DNA of 64,000 bases, taken from NCBI GenBank assembly GCA_002269645.1, contig NIVC01002890.1, positions 67,604-131,603 on the forward strand. Reading direction: 5' to 3'. The notes beneath the pieces were generated by a model. It was not told the origin of the DNA and did no database searches. It saw only the letters and a list, made by a program, of their open reading frames with translations. The stretch is from Macrostomum lignano. Lineage: Eukaryota. The position numbers and the translations under genes are program-made. Below, piece after piece: positions 13,274 through 26,191 of this stretch (position 1 is the stretch's first letter; every line of letters begins with the position of its first letter).

Positions 13274-13987
13274 TATATATGATAGACTTAGATAGGATAG
13301 GTCCAAGCATAGCTAAACATGTAATATAAGTAGCATATATACTTTTTCTTAGATTTAAAATATATATAATATAAAATGAAATGGGAAAAACTTACCTTTA
13401 AAATATGACATCCTATTTTAAGAATACCTAGTTTATATGCAATTATAATATAATGTAAATAAAGTAACAAAGCAATTAGGCCCCCTAATCTAAAAAGCAG
13501 TAGTAAGTCTAAGTAGTAAGTCTATAACTTAAGCTACTGGCTACTAAGCCTACTAGGGCCTATTGGTTTTATTAAATTAAATTAGAGTTTAAATAATTCT
13601 AATACTAGTATTTAAGGAACTTGAAGTAGTAGTAGGTCTACTATTAATATTTAATAGTGGCTAGTTTAACGACTAGTCACTAGGGGGCCTAATTATCAGT
13701 TCTTAATCTATTAAGGCCTGGTATAGTAGCACAAACAGCCAAAACTCGGTTCAGGACTAGTACAGTAGTACTAAATATTAAGACCCTAACAGCAATGAAA
13801 TGTGAATAGAAACTGTTGGGAACGTTAACCGAATTTAAAGCAGGCCTTTTCAACGCAATCTATACATAAAATATCAGTACTTGAAATTGCCTCCTGGATT
13901 ATACACGAGATTGATTGATGACGGAAAAGAATAGTAATAGCATGCATGTCCTTCGTCTAGTTTCTAAGAAAATCACATTTAAAATTA

Positions 13988-14439
13988 GGTTCCTAGTCAT
14001 TTCGTCATCTGCCATTTCGTCATCTGGGTGTCTGGGGTGCTCACCTCGACGATGGTCACTTCGTCATCTTAATTAGCATGCACTACCTGAAGAGAGTCAT
14101 TTCGTCATCCACGAATCATATTAGTTCCAACTTCAAGTGAATTAATGTGGCTATCAAACATATTTACTTGGAATCCTAATTATCCTAGTCATTTTGTCAT
14201 CTCGATCGATAAAACCTGTCGATCGATCGGTTCTGCTTGCCGCAGCTTATAGTTATTAAACAAAAAATATTTTACACTAACTAAGTCCCACACAGATTGA
14301 TTGATTAATGACGAAGTATCCAGCATAGCTAAATATTTGGTCACTTCGTCATATTATTTTTTCAAGCTACTCTGCTTCTGGTCACTTCGTCATCCGATAT
14401 GACGAAATGGAAAATGGAATGACGATCTGACCGGTGACC
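13988..14439. mobile_element. MITE-like TIR element, GG...CC ends, 8-bp TSD TAAAATTA
   Basis: TSD at 13980-13987 and 14440-14447; many subterminal GTCAYTTCGTCAT motifs in inverted orientation at the two ends. Confidence 0.8.
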
Positions 14440-16252
14440 TAAAATTACGGCTTCTTAAACATATGGCACAGGGTCAGGGTCTGGTCCCTGAATAAAATAG
14501 TTTCTTGAAAAAATATTCCCTAAGGCACTAGATCACTTGTCAGCGTAATTTTAGGCCCTAGTAAGAAGTAAGGAACAAAGAGTCGCTAGAAGTCTTATTA
14601 AAGGCTCGCTTGAGTCGCGAGTCGTTTTAAACGAAGCATATGCATTTTCGCGGTAGCTTTACCCAATTTTCGGCTCTGGAACCTTAGCCTGGCTTAACTC
14701 TATCTATTCATCAAATTTAAAATGTTTGGCTTTGGGCTTATGCAATGCTGTGACTGGTTGTAAATATTTGCTTTTCATGCCTTGTTATTGCCTGGGGCGG
14801 CTAGTGTAGTAGGCCATAGCCCGTAGGCTGTAATGCTATTTTAACACTGTCTAAGTCAAACCTCAGTTAAGCTTAGCCTTAAGCATTCATTAGCCTAGTT
14901 TTAAATTAACCATTCAACTGTTCAATTATGCATTATTTGTGAACAACCACTACACTGCTAAGGTCTAACTAATTCAAGAGGATATTTTATGATACTTTCT
15001 TTTTCATGTCAAATTAAGTCAAAATATTTTTTATGTCAAATTAAAACTAAATTTTGTCTATTTTTGTATAAAATTTGTTTTCTTTGTCTTGAGATATAAA
15101 TAAAATAGTTGAAAATGTTGTTTTTTATTCTAAATGTAAATTTAAAAGATTAAATAGCTATATTTGTTTTAATTAGGCCTAGGTTAAGATCTAGCTAGGC
15201 CAATGAATCATGAATGTCCTCATAATAAGGCCTACATATTATTTTTTTAAATAATTTATGGATATGGGCTAGGCCTATTAAACACTGAAGCAGATATTAG
15301 AATTTTAATTTTAGCATTATTACACTACTAGTACTAGTAGTAGGCCTACTAATATTATATTTTTACTTTTTTATATTTACAATTTAGCAATTTTTATTAT
15401 TTTGTTATATACTTCTATTCTAGCTAGATAATAGATATAAAAGTAGATAGGGCAAAATAGGTAATAATTATAATTTATATTAAATAATTTTTTTTGTAAT
15501 TTTGAAATTCAAGGTGCCTAGGCTTATACCCTTTTTAATTATCTCCTTTATTCTCTTTTATTTGGCAAACCCTTTGTTGGGCTTTGGCAATATATTTTAT
15601 CTTATTTGAAAGATTCTTTTGACTTTTTCTTTTTTATAGCCATTTTAGCTACTTAGATTTTTAGCCAAACAATACCATAGGCCCCATAGTTTGGATTATA
15701 TACTAGTGTACGCTAGCTTTAATGCTAAAAAAATAATGAGACTTTATTTGTATATTGGGTTTGTGCACCAATATAAAAAAATGTAATTTGACATAATGTA
15801 TCTACTCTGTTATGTATGCCAGGATATATCTTGATATACATTGAAAAATAGTAAGACCATTGTTATATGCTGGGAAATCCTAGCATTGTCACCTTCTAAA
15901 CTATAGCATAGGCCTATATAGACTAACTAATATAGGCTAATATTAATTTCCAAGTCCTTTGACATATCATTTTTAAAAAGATAGTTTTTTATTCTCAAAA
16001 AAAAGTTTTAACTATATGATTAGCTACTAATTTAACAAGTTTTAAAGCATTATGACTATGTAGTCTGGCTTGTTGGTGCGCGTGCACTTAGATGTGCACG
16101 TCTGGTTTTGGGGGTTGGGGTTTAGCGCTGCAGCGTGTGCGTGCTTAGGGTGGTTACACCCACCCCAACTTTGGCATTAAATATATTGGCGTGAGCCAGA
16201 GAAGTCTCCTCACGTTTTGTTCGTCACTGCAATTCAACCCACGGTCTTACAC

Positions 16253-16265
16253 TGGTGGCAGCGGT
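16253..16265 (+). promoter_or_regulatory. Primer-binding site TGGTGGCAGCGGT (tRNA-Leu type); second copy at 26386-26398
   Basis: Lies 1 nt after the LTR end; reverse complement ACCGCTGCCACCA matches the recalled 3' end of eukaryotic tRNA-Leu plus CCA. Confidence 0.8.
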
Positions 16266-16271
16266 CTCAAT

Positions 16272-17066
16272 ATGGCCAAATCAGAGCAAGCCAGTTTATT
16301 GCCTCCAAAGTTCAGCGGCGACTCCAATGTAAGAATGTGGCTAAGCACGTTTGAAGACTTCGCCGACGACTGTGAATGGGACGACAAGAAGAAGGCAAAG
16401 AAGCTGAGACTGCTGGTGACAGGAGAAGCGCAAATCTTCGTTTGGGAGCAGCCGGCAGACGTGTCAGCCAGCTATGAAAGGCTGAAGGAGAAGCTGATCG
16501 AGTGCTTCGGCAACAGTCTGAGCTGCTACAGAGCAATGGAGGATTTTGTAGAGCGAAAGCGACAGCCCAACGAGTCGCTGAGGGAGCTCGCCTACAGCCT
16601 GAAGCTTCTCCACCTTCGGGCCCGCCTGGACGACTCCGTGGCGGCTCGGGAAAAGGACGTGAAGTTTCGCCTGATGCGCCTCCTGCCATCTGCCGTGAGA
16701 GATGCACTGTTGAAGGACCAGGACGCGGACTCGTGTTCGCTGACCGCTATCGTCGACAGAGCTGCGCAGCTTGAGCTGGTGAGCCACGCAACTACAGCCT
16801 CATCAGCCGCGGTGTCGGTAGAAGACAGACGGCTGAGCCAGCTGGAGCAGCAGATGCAGCAGCTGACAGCCAGCGTGCGAACGGGACCACTCGGAAGAGA
16901 CAGGCGTCAGAAGGGACGCATTAAGTGCTTCAGCTGCGGCGAGCCGGGTCACATTGCTAGGCGGTGCCCAAAGGCGATCGGCAGCCGCTGCAGCCGGTGC
17001 TCAGGCAAGGGTCACTCCGCCGCGGTGTGCCCGACACCAACTGGTCAGCCGCAGGGAAACTTCTGA
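16272..17066 (+). CDS. gag: Gypsy Gag with two CCHC zinc knuckles
   Basis: First ATG after the PBS at 16272 (MAKSEQ...). CFSCGEPGHIARRC and CSRCSGKGHSAAVC; stop TGA at 17064-17066. Confidence 0.9.
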   Translation: MAKSEQASLLPPKFSGDSNVRMWLSTFEDFADDCEWDDKKKAKKLRLLVTGEAQIFVWEQPADVSASYERLKEKLIECFGNSLSCYRAMEDFVERKRQPNESLRELAYSLKLLHLRARLDDSVAAREKDVKFRLMRLLPSAVRDALLKDQDADSCSLTAIVDRAAQLELVSHATTASSAAVSVEDRRLSQLEQQMQQLTASVRTGPLGRDRRQKGRIKCFSCGEPGHIARRCPKAIGSRCSRCSGKGHSAAVCPTPTGQPQGNF

Positions 17067-17115
17067 GGGTCGGCAGCCTGGGGCCAGCACCGACCCGCTC
17101 AAAAGGGGCCCTCAG
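17054..17115 (+). promoter_or_regulatory. -1 programmed ribosomal frameshift signal (slippery heptamer G GGA AAC plus downstream stem/pseudoknot)
   Basis: Heptamer at 17054-17060 in the gag frame; pol is in the -1 frame; 6-nt spacer; stem GGGTCGG 17067-17073 / CCGACCC 17090-17096. Confidence 0.8.
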
Positions 17116-18745
17116 ATCAGCGCCTTCAGTCTTCGTGAAGGTGCACTTTGGCAGCGTGTCAGCGCCTGCTCTGCTCGACACCGGCGCGCAAGTTTCGTTG
17201 ATGGACAAGTCGCTGTTCGACAGACTGCAGTGCAAGATCGACTCCACCGACATCGGTGCGCTGCCGACGGCCGTCGACGGATCCCGGCTGCGCTGCCTTG
17301 GCCTGTCAGCAGCGGATGTTTCGATCGGCCAGACCATCCGCGTGCGCCATCGCTTCACAGTCGTGGACGGCATCCAGCCCAACCTGATCATCGGCATGGA
17401 CTTCATCGGCGAGGTGTCGCAGGCGATGACCATTGACATTAAAGAAGGCGTCGTCAGGTTCGACAGCACAGCCGTGCCTTTCAGCAGCGAGCCGGCTCGA
17501 GCAGACTGTCGCCTGGTGCCGAGTGTCCTGGTGGCGCGTGTGGCGGCAACTACGGAGTTGCCCGCCCGCAGCGAGAAGCTGGTGTGGCTCAAGGTGGATT
17601 CCAGCGGCGAGCAGGGAGTCTTTGAGCCGTCTGAGGACTTCGTGAAGTCCACTGCCGTCCTGCCGGCCCGCGTGCTGGCGGTCTCGGACGACTGCCGCAT
17701 CCCGGTGAAAATGTGCAACCTGGAAGAGGAGCCCGTGCTGCTGTACGCCAACAAGGCGGTCGGCACGTTCGAAGGCGCGATGACAGACGGGGACGGTCGC
17801 CAGGAGGCGGCCCAGGAGAACCCCATCGGTTGGAACATGAACGCGGAGCTGCCCGAACCGGATGCTGCGAGGCTGCGACAGCTGCTGGAGAGCAACGAGG
17901 ACCTGTTCGCCAGGCACGAGTACGACCTGGGCACGACGGCGTTGCTGCAGCACCAGATCGAGCTGGAGCCGGGAGCGCGGCCACACCGGCAGGTCCAGCG
18001 CCGGCTGCCGCTGTCTGTGCGAGACCAGGTGGACAAGAAGATCGGCCAGATGCTGGAAAGCGGCATCATCGAGCCGTCGACATCGCCATGGGCCAGCAAC
18101 CTGCTGGTGGTCCGCAAGAAGAACGGCGACATCAGACTGTGCACGGACTGGCGGCAGCTCAACGCCTGCACGGTCAAGGATGCGTACCCGCTGCCGCACC
18201 TGCAGCAGGCCATGGATGCGCTTGTCGGATGCTCCTGGTTCTCCACCATCGACTGCCGGCAGGGCTACCACCAGGTGGAGGTGGCGGAGGAGGACCGGTA
18301 CAAGACGGCTTTCTATTCGACGCGCGGCCTGATGCAGTTCTGCAAGATGGGCTTCGGGATGTGCAATGCCCCGGCGACGTTCCAGCGGCTCATGGAACTG
18401 GTGATGTCCGGCCTGTCCTGGGAGTCCGTGCTGACTTATATCGACGACATCATTGTCTTCAGCAGGACGTTCGACGAGCACTTAGAGAGGCTGGCGGAAG
18501 TTTTTAAGCGGTTGCGAGACGCGGGACTCAAGCTGCATAAGGCCAAGAGCGCGTTCGAACAGCAAACAGCTGCGGACTGGCCGAGGCGCATTCCGGACAG
18601 GCAGAGTGCAGCTGCTGGACGCAGGCGCGAAGCCGGTCGGGGTGGACCAGGAACGGCTTCTGGACAGCCTCTGTTAGGTGGCCTGGAGTGGGGATATGAG
18701 GGTGCCAGTAAAGGTCTCCTCCAGATCCTCAGATGGGACCGTTAA
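17055..18745 (+). pseudogene. pol: Truncated Gypsy pol (protease, RT through YIDD) fused to ~62 aa read from the antisense strand of CACUL1
   Basis: ALLDTGAQVS and YIDDI present; RNase H and integrase absent; ORF continues across the junction to a stop at 18745. Confidence 0.85.
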
Positions 18746-20676
18746 TATCCCTTCTGGGTCCTCAGGTGTGGGACCGTTAATATCCCTTCTGGGTCCTCAG
18801 GTGTGGGACCGTTAATATCCCTTCTGGGTCCTCAGGTGTGGGACCGTTAATATCCCTTCTGGGTCCTCAGGTGTGGGACCGTTAATATTCCTTCTGGGTC
18901 CTCAGGTGTGGGACCGTTAATATCCCTTCTAGGTCCTCAGGTGGGGGATCGTTAATATCCCTTCTGGGTCCTCAGGTGTGGGACCGTTAATATCCCTTCT
19001 GGGTCCTCAGGTGTGGGACCGTTAATATCCCTTCTGGGTCCTCAGGTGTGGGACCGTTAATATCCCTTCTGGGTCCTCAGGTGTGGGACCGTTAATATCC
19101 CTTCTGGGTCCTCAGGTGTGGGACCGTTAATATCCCTTCTGGGTCCTCAGGTGTGGGACCGTTAATATCCCTTCTGGGTCCTCAGGTGTGGGACCGTTAA
19201 TATCCCTTCTGGGTCCTCAGGTGTGGGACCGATAATATCCCTTCTGGATCCTCAGTTGGGATTGCTAATATCCCTTCTGGATCCTCAGTTGGGATTGCTA
19301 ATATCCCTTCTGGATCCTCAGTTAGGGTTTCTAATATCACTTCTGGATCCACAGGTGGGATTGCTAATATCCCTTCCGGATCCTCAGGTGGGATTGCTAA
19401 TATCCCTTCCGGATCCTCAGGTGGGATTGCTAATATCCCTTCCGGATCCTCAGGTGGGATTGCTAATATCCCTTCCGGATCCTCAGTTGGGATTGCTAAT
19501 ATCCCTTCTGGATCCTCAGTTGGGATTGCTAATATCCCTTCTGGATCCTCAGTTAGGGTTTCTAATATCACTTCTGGATCCACAGGTGGGATTGCTAATA
19601 TCCCTTCCGGATCCTTAGGTGGGATTGTTATCATCCCTTCTGGATCCTCAGGTGGGATTGCTAATATCCCTTCCGGATCCTCAGTTGGGATTGCTAATAT
19701 CCCTTCTGGATCCTCAGGTGGGATTGCTAATATCCCTTCCGGATCCTCAGGTGGGATTGCTAATATCCCTTCCGGATCCTCAGGTGGGATTGCTATCATC
19801 CCTTCTAGATCCTAAGATTAAAGCGAAGCCATCTCTTCTAGATCCTCAGGTGGGACTGATAGCCTCTCCTACAGATCCTGTTACGACCGTATCCGTATCA
19901 CATTCAGATGTCCCGGTTAAACAACTGTCTTCAGATACTTATTCCACCAAACAGATGGTTTCAGTGAATCCCCTTTCCCCTTCTCCAGACCCTCAAGCAG
20001 TTACTCGAACAGAAATCTCACCAATTAGCTTATGCAAATGCGGCGAAACAAACTGATGAACAAAGATAGATTTAAACATGGCCATTAGAGAGTCCTCTCC
20101 GCTAGTAGCTAGCATAACCCTATTCATGTATTGGAATACGGCGAACAGTGTCGATGCAGCCTGATTGAATGTGAGAAACGCGCGCAGACAGACTTCAATG
20201 TAGTCCTTTGGCGAGTGTTGCTGCAATGTGCAATTATAACACAAATAATAATACCAATGTTGTACTTTTTGAGACAGATGAGGCATTAAGGCCCAAAGGG
20301 GCGACCCTAAGGCAGATATTTCAGACAGGAAACGGATCGATTAAGTAGAAAATACTTAATATTTTCGGCAGAAGAAATCCTATCGCATACTACTAATTAA
20401 CATTCAAATATCAGTAGTGCGAAAGCGCATAGGATTCACCTTCTCCAGAGCTCGCTGGCCCATGGAGCACACGTGAGCCTGCACAGCGGACATCAGGTCC
20501 TCTTTTAGCTGGGGTCCGCGCGCCGAGCAAACGCATTTGTAGACGCAAGAGTACATCTCTTCGTAGCTGATGGCGCTGCGCTCAGCCTCCTCAGATTGGG
20601 TGAACAGCAGGTCAATCAGCTGGGACAGCTTGGGCCAGTAGGTCTGGCTGTAGTCATCGTCAGACATGATGAACAT
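18528..20676 (-). pseudogene. CACUL1: Duplicated, C-terminally truncated CACUL1 copy (~196 aa); exons 20676-20440, 20220-20022, 18682-18528
   Basis: Same splice sites as copy 1. Exon 3 breaks after QLFA and reads VRTRSWPYAA* from antisense Gypsy RT; TGA at 18528-18530. Confidence 0.85.
18733..19856. repeat. Duplicate of the 35/33-bp CACUL1 intron minisatellite
   Basis: Same units and same length as 8597-9720 (constant offset 10136). Confidence 0.95.
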
Positions 20677-21652
20677 GCCTAGTAGTGATGGGTTAGAGGG
20701 ATCAGAATATTAAGTCAATATTTTATTTAGTCAATAATCATAAGTTGGTTGCCTTGTAGGTTTTTAGAGGCAAGATTATTTTTTGGGATTAAGTAGGATC
20801 AGTATATTATTTTATATGGATATTTTTAGTAGCTTTAACATAATTTGCTTATGATCTACTATACATATCTTAAGAGGCCTATACAATACAATTTCATACA
20901 AAATTCTTTCAAGAAACAAGTTACATTTATATTAGGATTCTACCTCTTAGCATTGATAACATTAAAGAATTAGAATATTTAGTGCTTAGAATTCAATTAA
21001 AATATTAAAACCAAGAAACTTTTCTATATTTTTTATAATAGGGCCACTATAGTTATTTTAAGCAGAAAAGAGCAAAGTTGTTTTTATATTTTGAGCTAAT
21101 CAAATAAATGTAAGCTTTCAAAGCAATAAGAAAATGAAGAATATTGAAAAAGAATAATTAAGGATAACCTAAAGGGCTTAAAGCTAAGATACAAGTACAA
21201 TTGCAATATCATATATCAAGTTTATTATATTTAGCTTACATGTATATATATACTTTTAGAATAAAATAAAATACTTATTGCTATACCAAATACATTTAAT
21301 AAAAAATTATAAGGAATAATCTACAAATGGTTTTGAACAGTAGCAAAAAGTTTCCTAGGGAATTATAAAGATTTTTGACTTACTATACTATTAAAGAAAA
21401 TTCTTAAAAGAAATTAGATTTCAAAGAGATTTAGAAAACCCTATTGGAAAATATATCTTTTGCAATTAGAATTAGCCAATTGTTATACTTTAAATAGACC
21501 CCTATTAAGGCTATATTTACTATAGTAGTATAGTAGGGCAAAAGAATAGGAAAATAGTAGTCTATAGAAACACTATATGGCCTAGATCTAGATGTAGAGA
21601 AACTTTAAAGGAGCTTTATAGCCTAAGATAACTTTATAGGCCTAGTATATGA

Positions 21653-23409
21653 GGCTTCTAGTTTATTGGCAACAAGCTAATTTGGCAACAACCAATTCAG
21701 CAACAAGTCAGTTTGGCAACAGCTAATTTGGCAAATGCTAAAGGTTAAGAAAGCTATATATGACACTTGTTAAAATTTAAAATATTTCCATTATAGTCCT
21801 TGCCATTCAAGTAAGGTAATTTTGTTTTAATCATTCTGAATAACACATTTTCAAAGAGGTGCATGTACATCCCCTTGGAGTCTTGGACTTAGAGTATGTA
21901 CATTTTTTCTACTTCTCTTTGCTACTTGTATTTGTTGATTGCACTGCTTGCACTTCCAGTCAAATGAAGCAACAGACTTAAGATGGCGCTGCACTCTGCT
22001 TTGTATACCATTTTTGGAGATGCCTACATACAGAATTGAATTTACACACTTATATCACTGTACATTATGTATACCATATGTTAATTGTATTTTATGAATT
22101 CTATTAGCACCAAACTTTGGTATTTGATTGGTACATGTATAAATACTTACTGGAATTACATTTTATATGTTGCTTGTGGCATACATCACAGTAAATGGCG
22201 GCAGTGTCGCATCATTAGTGACTCTTCTTGCACACAATGCAGTGGTCTAAATTGTCACAATTAAAATTGAGCATTGAAAAATTAACTGAATGCAACTTCA
22301 ATTTCTACTTTACCATTCTGCGTGCATTGAGCTAATATGTATCACTATACAATTTTAATTTTTATATTCACTTTGTACATTTACAGTATATTTTATAAAG
22401 CTAACTCAACATTATATTCCCTTATTCATTATGCTTTGTATAGCAGTCATATGACTTTATAGCTTTATTTGATAGCTGCACTGTGAATGAGCCTTTGAGT
22501 GGAACACAGTTCATTATGCATGTATACATGTACATATGATATAATGTATATAGCATATCCTATACTTTTGCAGCAAAAAGTGCAAAGTGTAAAAGACTCA
22601 ATATAAACTATAGTCTGGATCATGCTAAGTGCATACCTAAACAAAAATTTGAATAAATACAAATGCATGCCAAAAAATGTAGTGCACATCCCATTCTCAA
22701 AAATACACTAGTGTTGAGAAAATAAATGACCTTTTTTACATTGTGACAACAAATGACCTTTTTTAATTGTGCAATATACCCTTATTACCAGATAATTTGG
22801 TTGTTTTTTACGCTTCTTTGGCGATACTATTTACAGCAGAAAATTTATACATACAAAGATTTGTTTAAATGCTCTTTTACAAGCTTGAAAAACTGGAAAG
22901 CTTGAAATTTGCGCTTAAAAATAAACCTTTTTTCATCTTTTTTCTATTTCACAATAACTTTTATGTGTGATTCTATAAAGTGCACCCCAGGTGTGCACGC
23001 ATACTATTTTCTCAGGAGTAATGCACACCAACTGTGAACACCTAATTTTGGTATGCAATACCAATGCACACCCAAATTTTTGGCATATACTACATGATCC
23101 AAGTATGGAGTATAAAATACAATTCAACTAGGATCCTTAATTTTTAGTCTCTTCAACAATTGTTCTTAGTGTCTTACATTTTGTTTTACTATTAGCAAGT
23201 GTGACTTATATTGGGAAAAGCTATATATATTGGTATATAAAGTAAAGTGTACCATTTTGTCTTATTTTGGAATTGAAATAAATATACAAACTCAATGCAA
23301 TGGATGACAAATTACTGCCCTGTTTTAACTGCCTCCTCATATGTTGCCAAACTGACTATTGCCAAATTGGTTGTCACCAAGTCAACCTGTTGCCGAATTA
23401 ACTAGTTCC
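21653..23409. mobile_element. Duplicate of the TIR element at 11517-13273
   Basis: Part of the tandem duplication. Confidence 0.7.
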
Positions 23410-24124
23410 TATATATGATAGACTTAGATAGGATAGGTCCAAGCATAGCTAAACATGTAATATAAGTAGCATATATACTTTTTCTTAGATTTAAAATATA
23501 TATAATATAAAATGAAATGGGAAAAACTTACCTTTAAAATATGACATCCTATTTTAAGAATACCTAGTTTATATGCAATTATAATATAATGTAAATAAAG
23601 TAACAAAGCAATTAGGCCCCCTAATCTAAAAAGCAGTAGTAAGTCTAAGTAGTAAGTCTATAACTTAAGCTACTGGCTACTAAGCCTACTAGGGCCTATT
23701 GGTTTTATTAAATTAAATTAGAGTTTAAATAATTCTAATACTAGTATTTAAGGAACTTGGAAGTAGTAGTAGGTCTACTATTAATATTTAATAGTGGCTA
23801 GTTTAACGACTAGTCACTAGGGGGCCTAATTATCAGTTCTTAATCTATTAAGGCCTGGTATAGTAGCACAAACAGCCAAAACTCGGTTCAGGACTAGTAC
23901 AGTAGTACTAAATATTAAGACCCTAACAGCAATGAAATGTGAATAGAAACTGTTGGGAACGTTAACCGAATTTAAAGCAGGCCTTTTCAACGCAATCTAT
24001 ACATAAAATATCAGTACTTGAAATTGCCTCCTGGATTATACACGAGATTGATTGATGACGGAAAAGAATAGTAATAGCATGCATGTCCTTCGTCTAGTTT
24101 CTAAGAAAATCACATTTAAAATTA

Positions 24125-24576
24125 GGTTCCTAGTCATTTCGTCATCTGCCATTTCGTCATCTGGGTGTCTGGGGTGCTCACCTCGACGATGGTCACTTCG
24201 TCATCTTAATTAGCATGCACTACCTGAAGAGAGTCATTTCGTCATCCACGAATCATATTAGTTCCAACTTCAAGTGAATTAATGTGGCTATCAAACATAT
24301 TTACTTGGAATCCTAATTATCCTAGTCATTTTGTCATCTCGATCGATAAAACCTGTCGATCGATCGGTTCTGCTTGCCGCAGCTTATAGTTATTAAACAA
24401 AAAATATTTTACACTAACTAAGTCCCACACAGATTGATTGATTAATGACGAAGTATCCAGCATAGCTAAATATTTGGTCACTTCGTCATATTATTTTTTC
24501 AAGCTACTCTGCTTCTGGTCACTTCGTCATCCGATATGACGAAATGGAAAATGGAATGACGATCTGACCGGTGACC
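24125..24576. mobile_element. Duplicate of the MITE at 13988-14439
   Basis: Part of the tandem duplication; TSD TAAAATTA retained. Confidence 0.8.
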
Positions 24577-26191
24577 TAAAATTACGGCTTCTTAAACATA
24601 TGGCACAGGGTCAGGGTCTGGTCCCTGAATAAAATAGTTTCTTGAAAAAATATTCCCTAAGGCACTAGATCACTTGTCAGCGTAATTTAGGCCCTAGTAA
24701 GAAGTAAGGAACAAAGAGTCGCTAGAAGTCTTATTAAAGGCTCGCTTGAGTCGCGAGTCGTTTTAAACGAAGCATATGCATTTTCGCGGTAGCTTTACCA
24801 ATTTTCGGCTCTGGAACCTTAGCCTGGCTTAACTCTATCTATTCATCAAATTTAAAATGTTTGGCTTTGGCTTATGCAATGCTGTGACTGGTTGTAAATA
24901 TTTGCTTTTCATGCCTTGTTATTTCCTGGGGCGGCTAGTGTAGTAGGCCATAGCCCGTAGGCTGTAATGCTATTTTAACACTGTCTAAGTCAAACCTCAG
25001 TTAAGCTTAGCCTTAAGCATTCATTAGCCTAGTTTTAAATTAACCATTCAACTGTTCAATTATGCATTATTTGTGAACAACCACTACACTGCTAAGGTCT
25101 AACTAATTCAAGAGGATATTTTATGATACTTTCTTTTTCATGTCAAATTAAGTCAAAATATTTTTATGTCAAATTAAAACTAAATTTTGTCTATTTTTGT
25201 ATAAAATTTGTTTTCTTTGTCTTGAGATATAAATAAAATAGTTGAAAATGTTGTTTTTTATTCTAAATGTAAATTTAAAAGATTAAATAGCTATATTTGT
25301 TTTAATTAGGCCTAGGTTAAGATCTAGCTAGGCCAATGAATCATGAATGTCCTCATAATAAGGCCTACATATTATTTTTTTAAATAATTTATGGATATGG
25401 GCTAGGCCTATTAAACACTGAAGCAGATATTAGAATTTTAATTTTAGCATTATTACACTACTAGTACTAGTAGTAGGCCTACTAATATTATATTTTTACT
25501 TTTTTATATTTACAATTTAGCAATTTTTATTATTTTGTTATATACTTCTATTCTAGCTAGATAATAGATATAAAAGTAGATAGGGCAAAATAGGTAATAA
25601 TTATAATTTATATTAAATAATTTTTTTTGTAATTTTGAAATTCAAGGTGCCTAGGCTTATACCCTTTTTAATTATCTCCTTTATTCTCTTTTATTTGGCA
25701 AACCCTTTGTTGGGCTTTGGCAATATATTTTATCTTATTTGAAAGATTCTTTTGACTTTTTCTTTTTTATAGCCATTTTAGCTACTTAGATTTTTAGCCA
25801 AACAATACCATAGGCCCCATAGTTTGGATTATATACTAGTGTACGCTAGCTTTAATGCTAAAAAAATAATGAGACTTTATTTGTATATTGGGTTTGTGCA
25901 CCAATATAAAAAAATGTAATTTGACATAATGTATCTACTCTGTTATGTATGCCAGGATATATCTTGATATACATTGAAAAATAGTAAGACCATTGTTATA
26001 TGCTGGGAAATCCTAGCATTGTCACCTTCTAAACTATAGCATAGGCCTATATAGACTAACTAATATAGGCTAATATTAATTTCCAAGTCCTTTGACATAT
26101 CATTTTTAAAAAGATAGTTTTTTATTCTCAAAAAAAAGTTTTAACTATATGATTAGCTACTAATTTAACAAGTTTTAAAGCATTATGACTA

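Larger units (their letters stand above)
16059..18557 (+). mobile_element. 3'-truncated Ty3/Gypsy LTR retrotransposon copy (5' LTR 16059-16251, PBS, gag, PR, partial RT)
   Basis: LTR TG...CA of 193 bp preceded by ACTA; sequence breaks in RT after KLHKAKSAF at the duplication junction. Confidence 0.95.

Noticed and set aside
16191-16271. GTG-initiated N-terminal extension of Gag (also 26324-26404)
   Set aside because: The codon lies within the LTR upstream of the PBS; the ATG at 16272/26405 is the plausible start.
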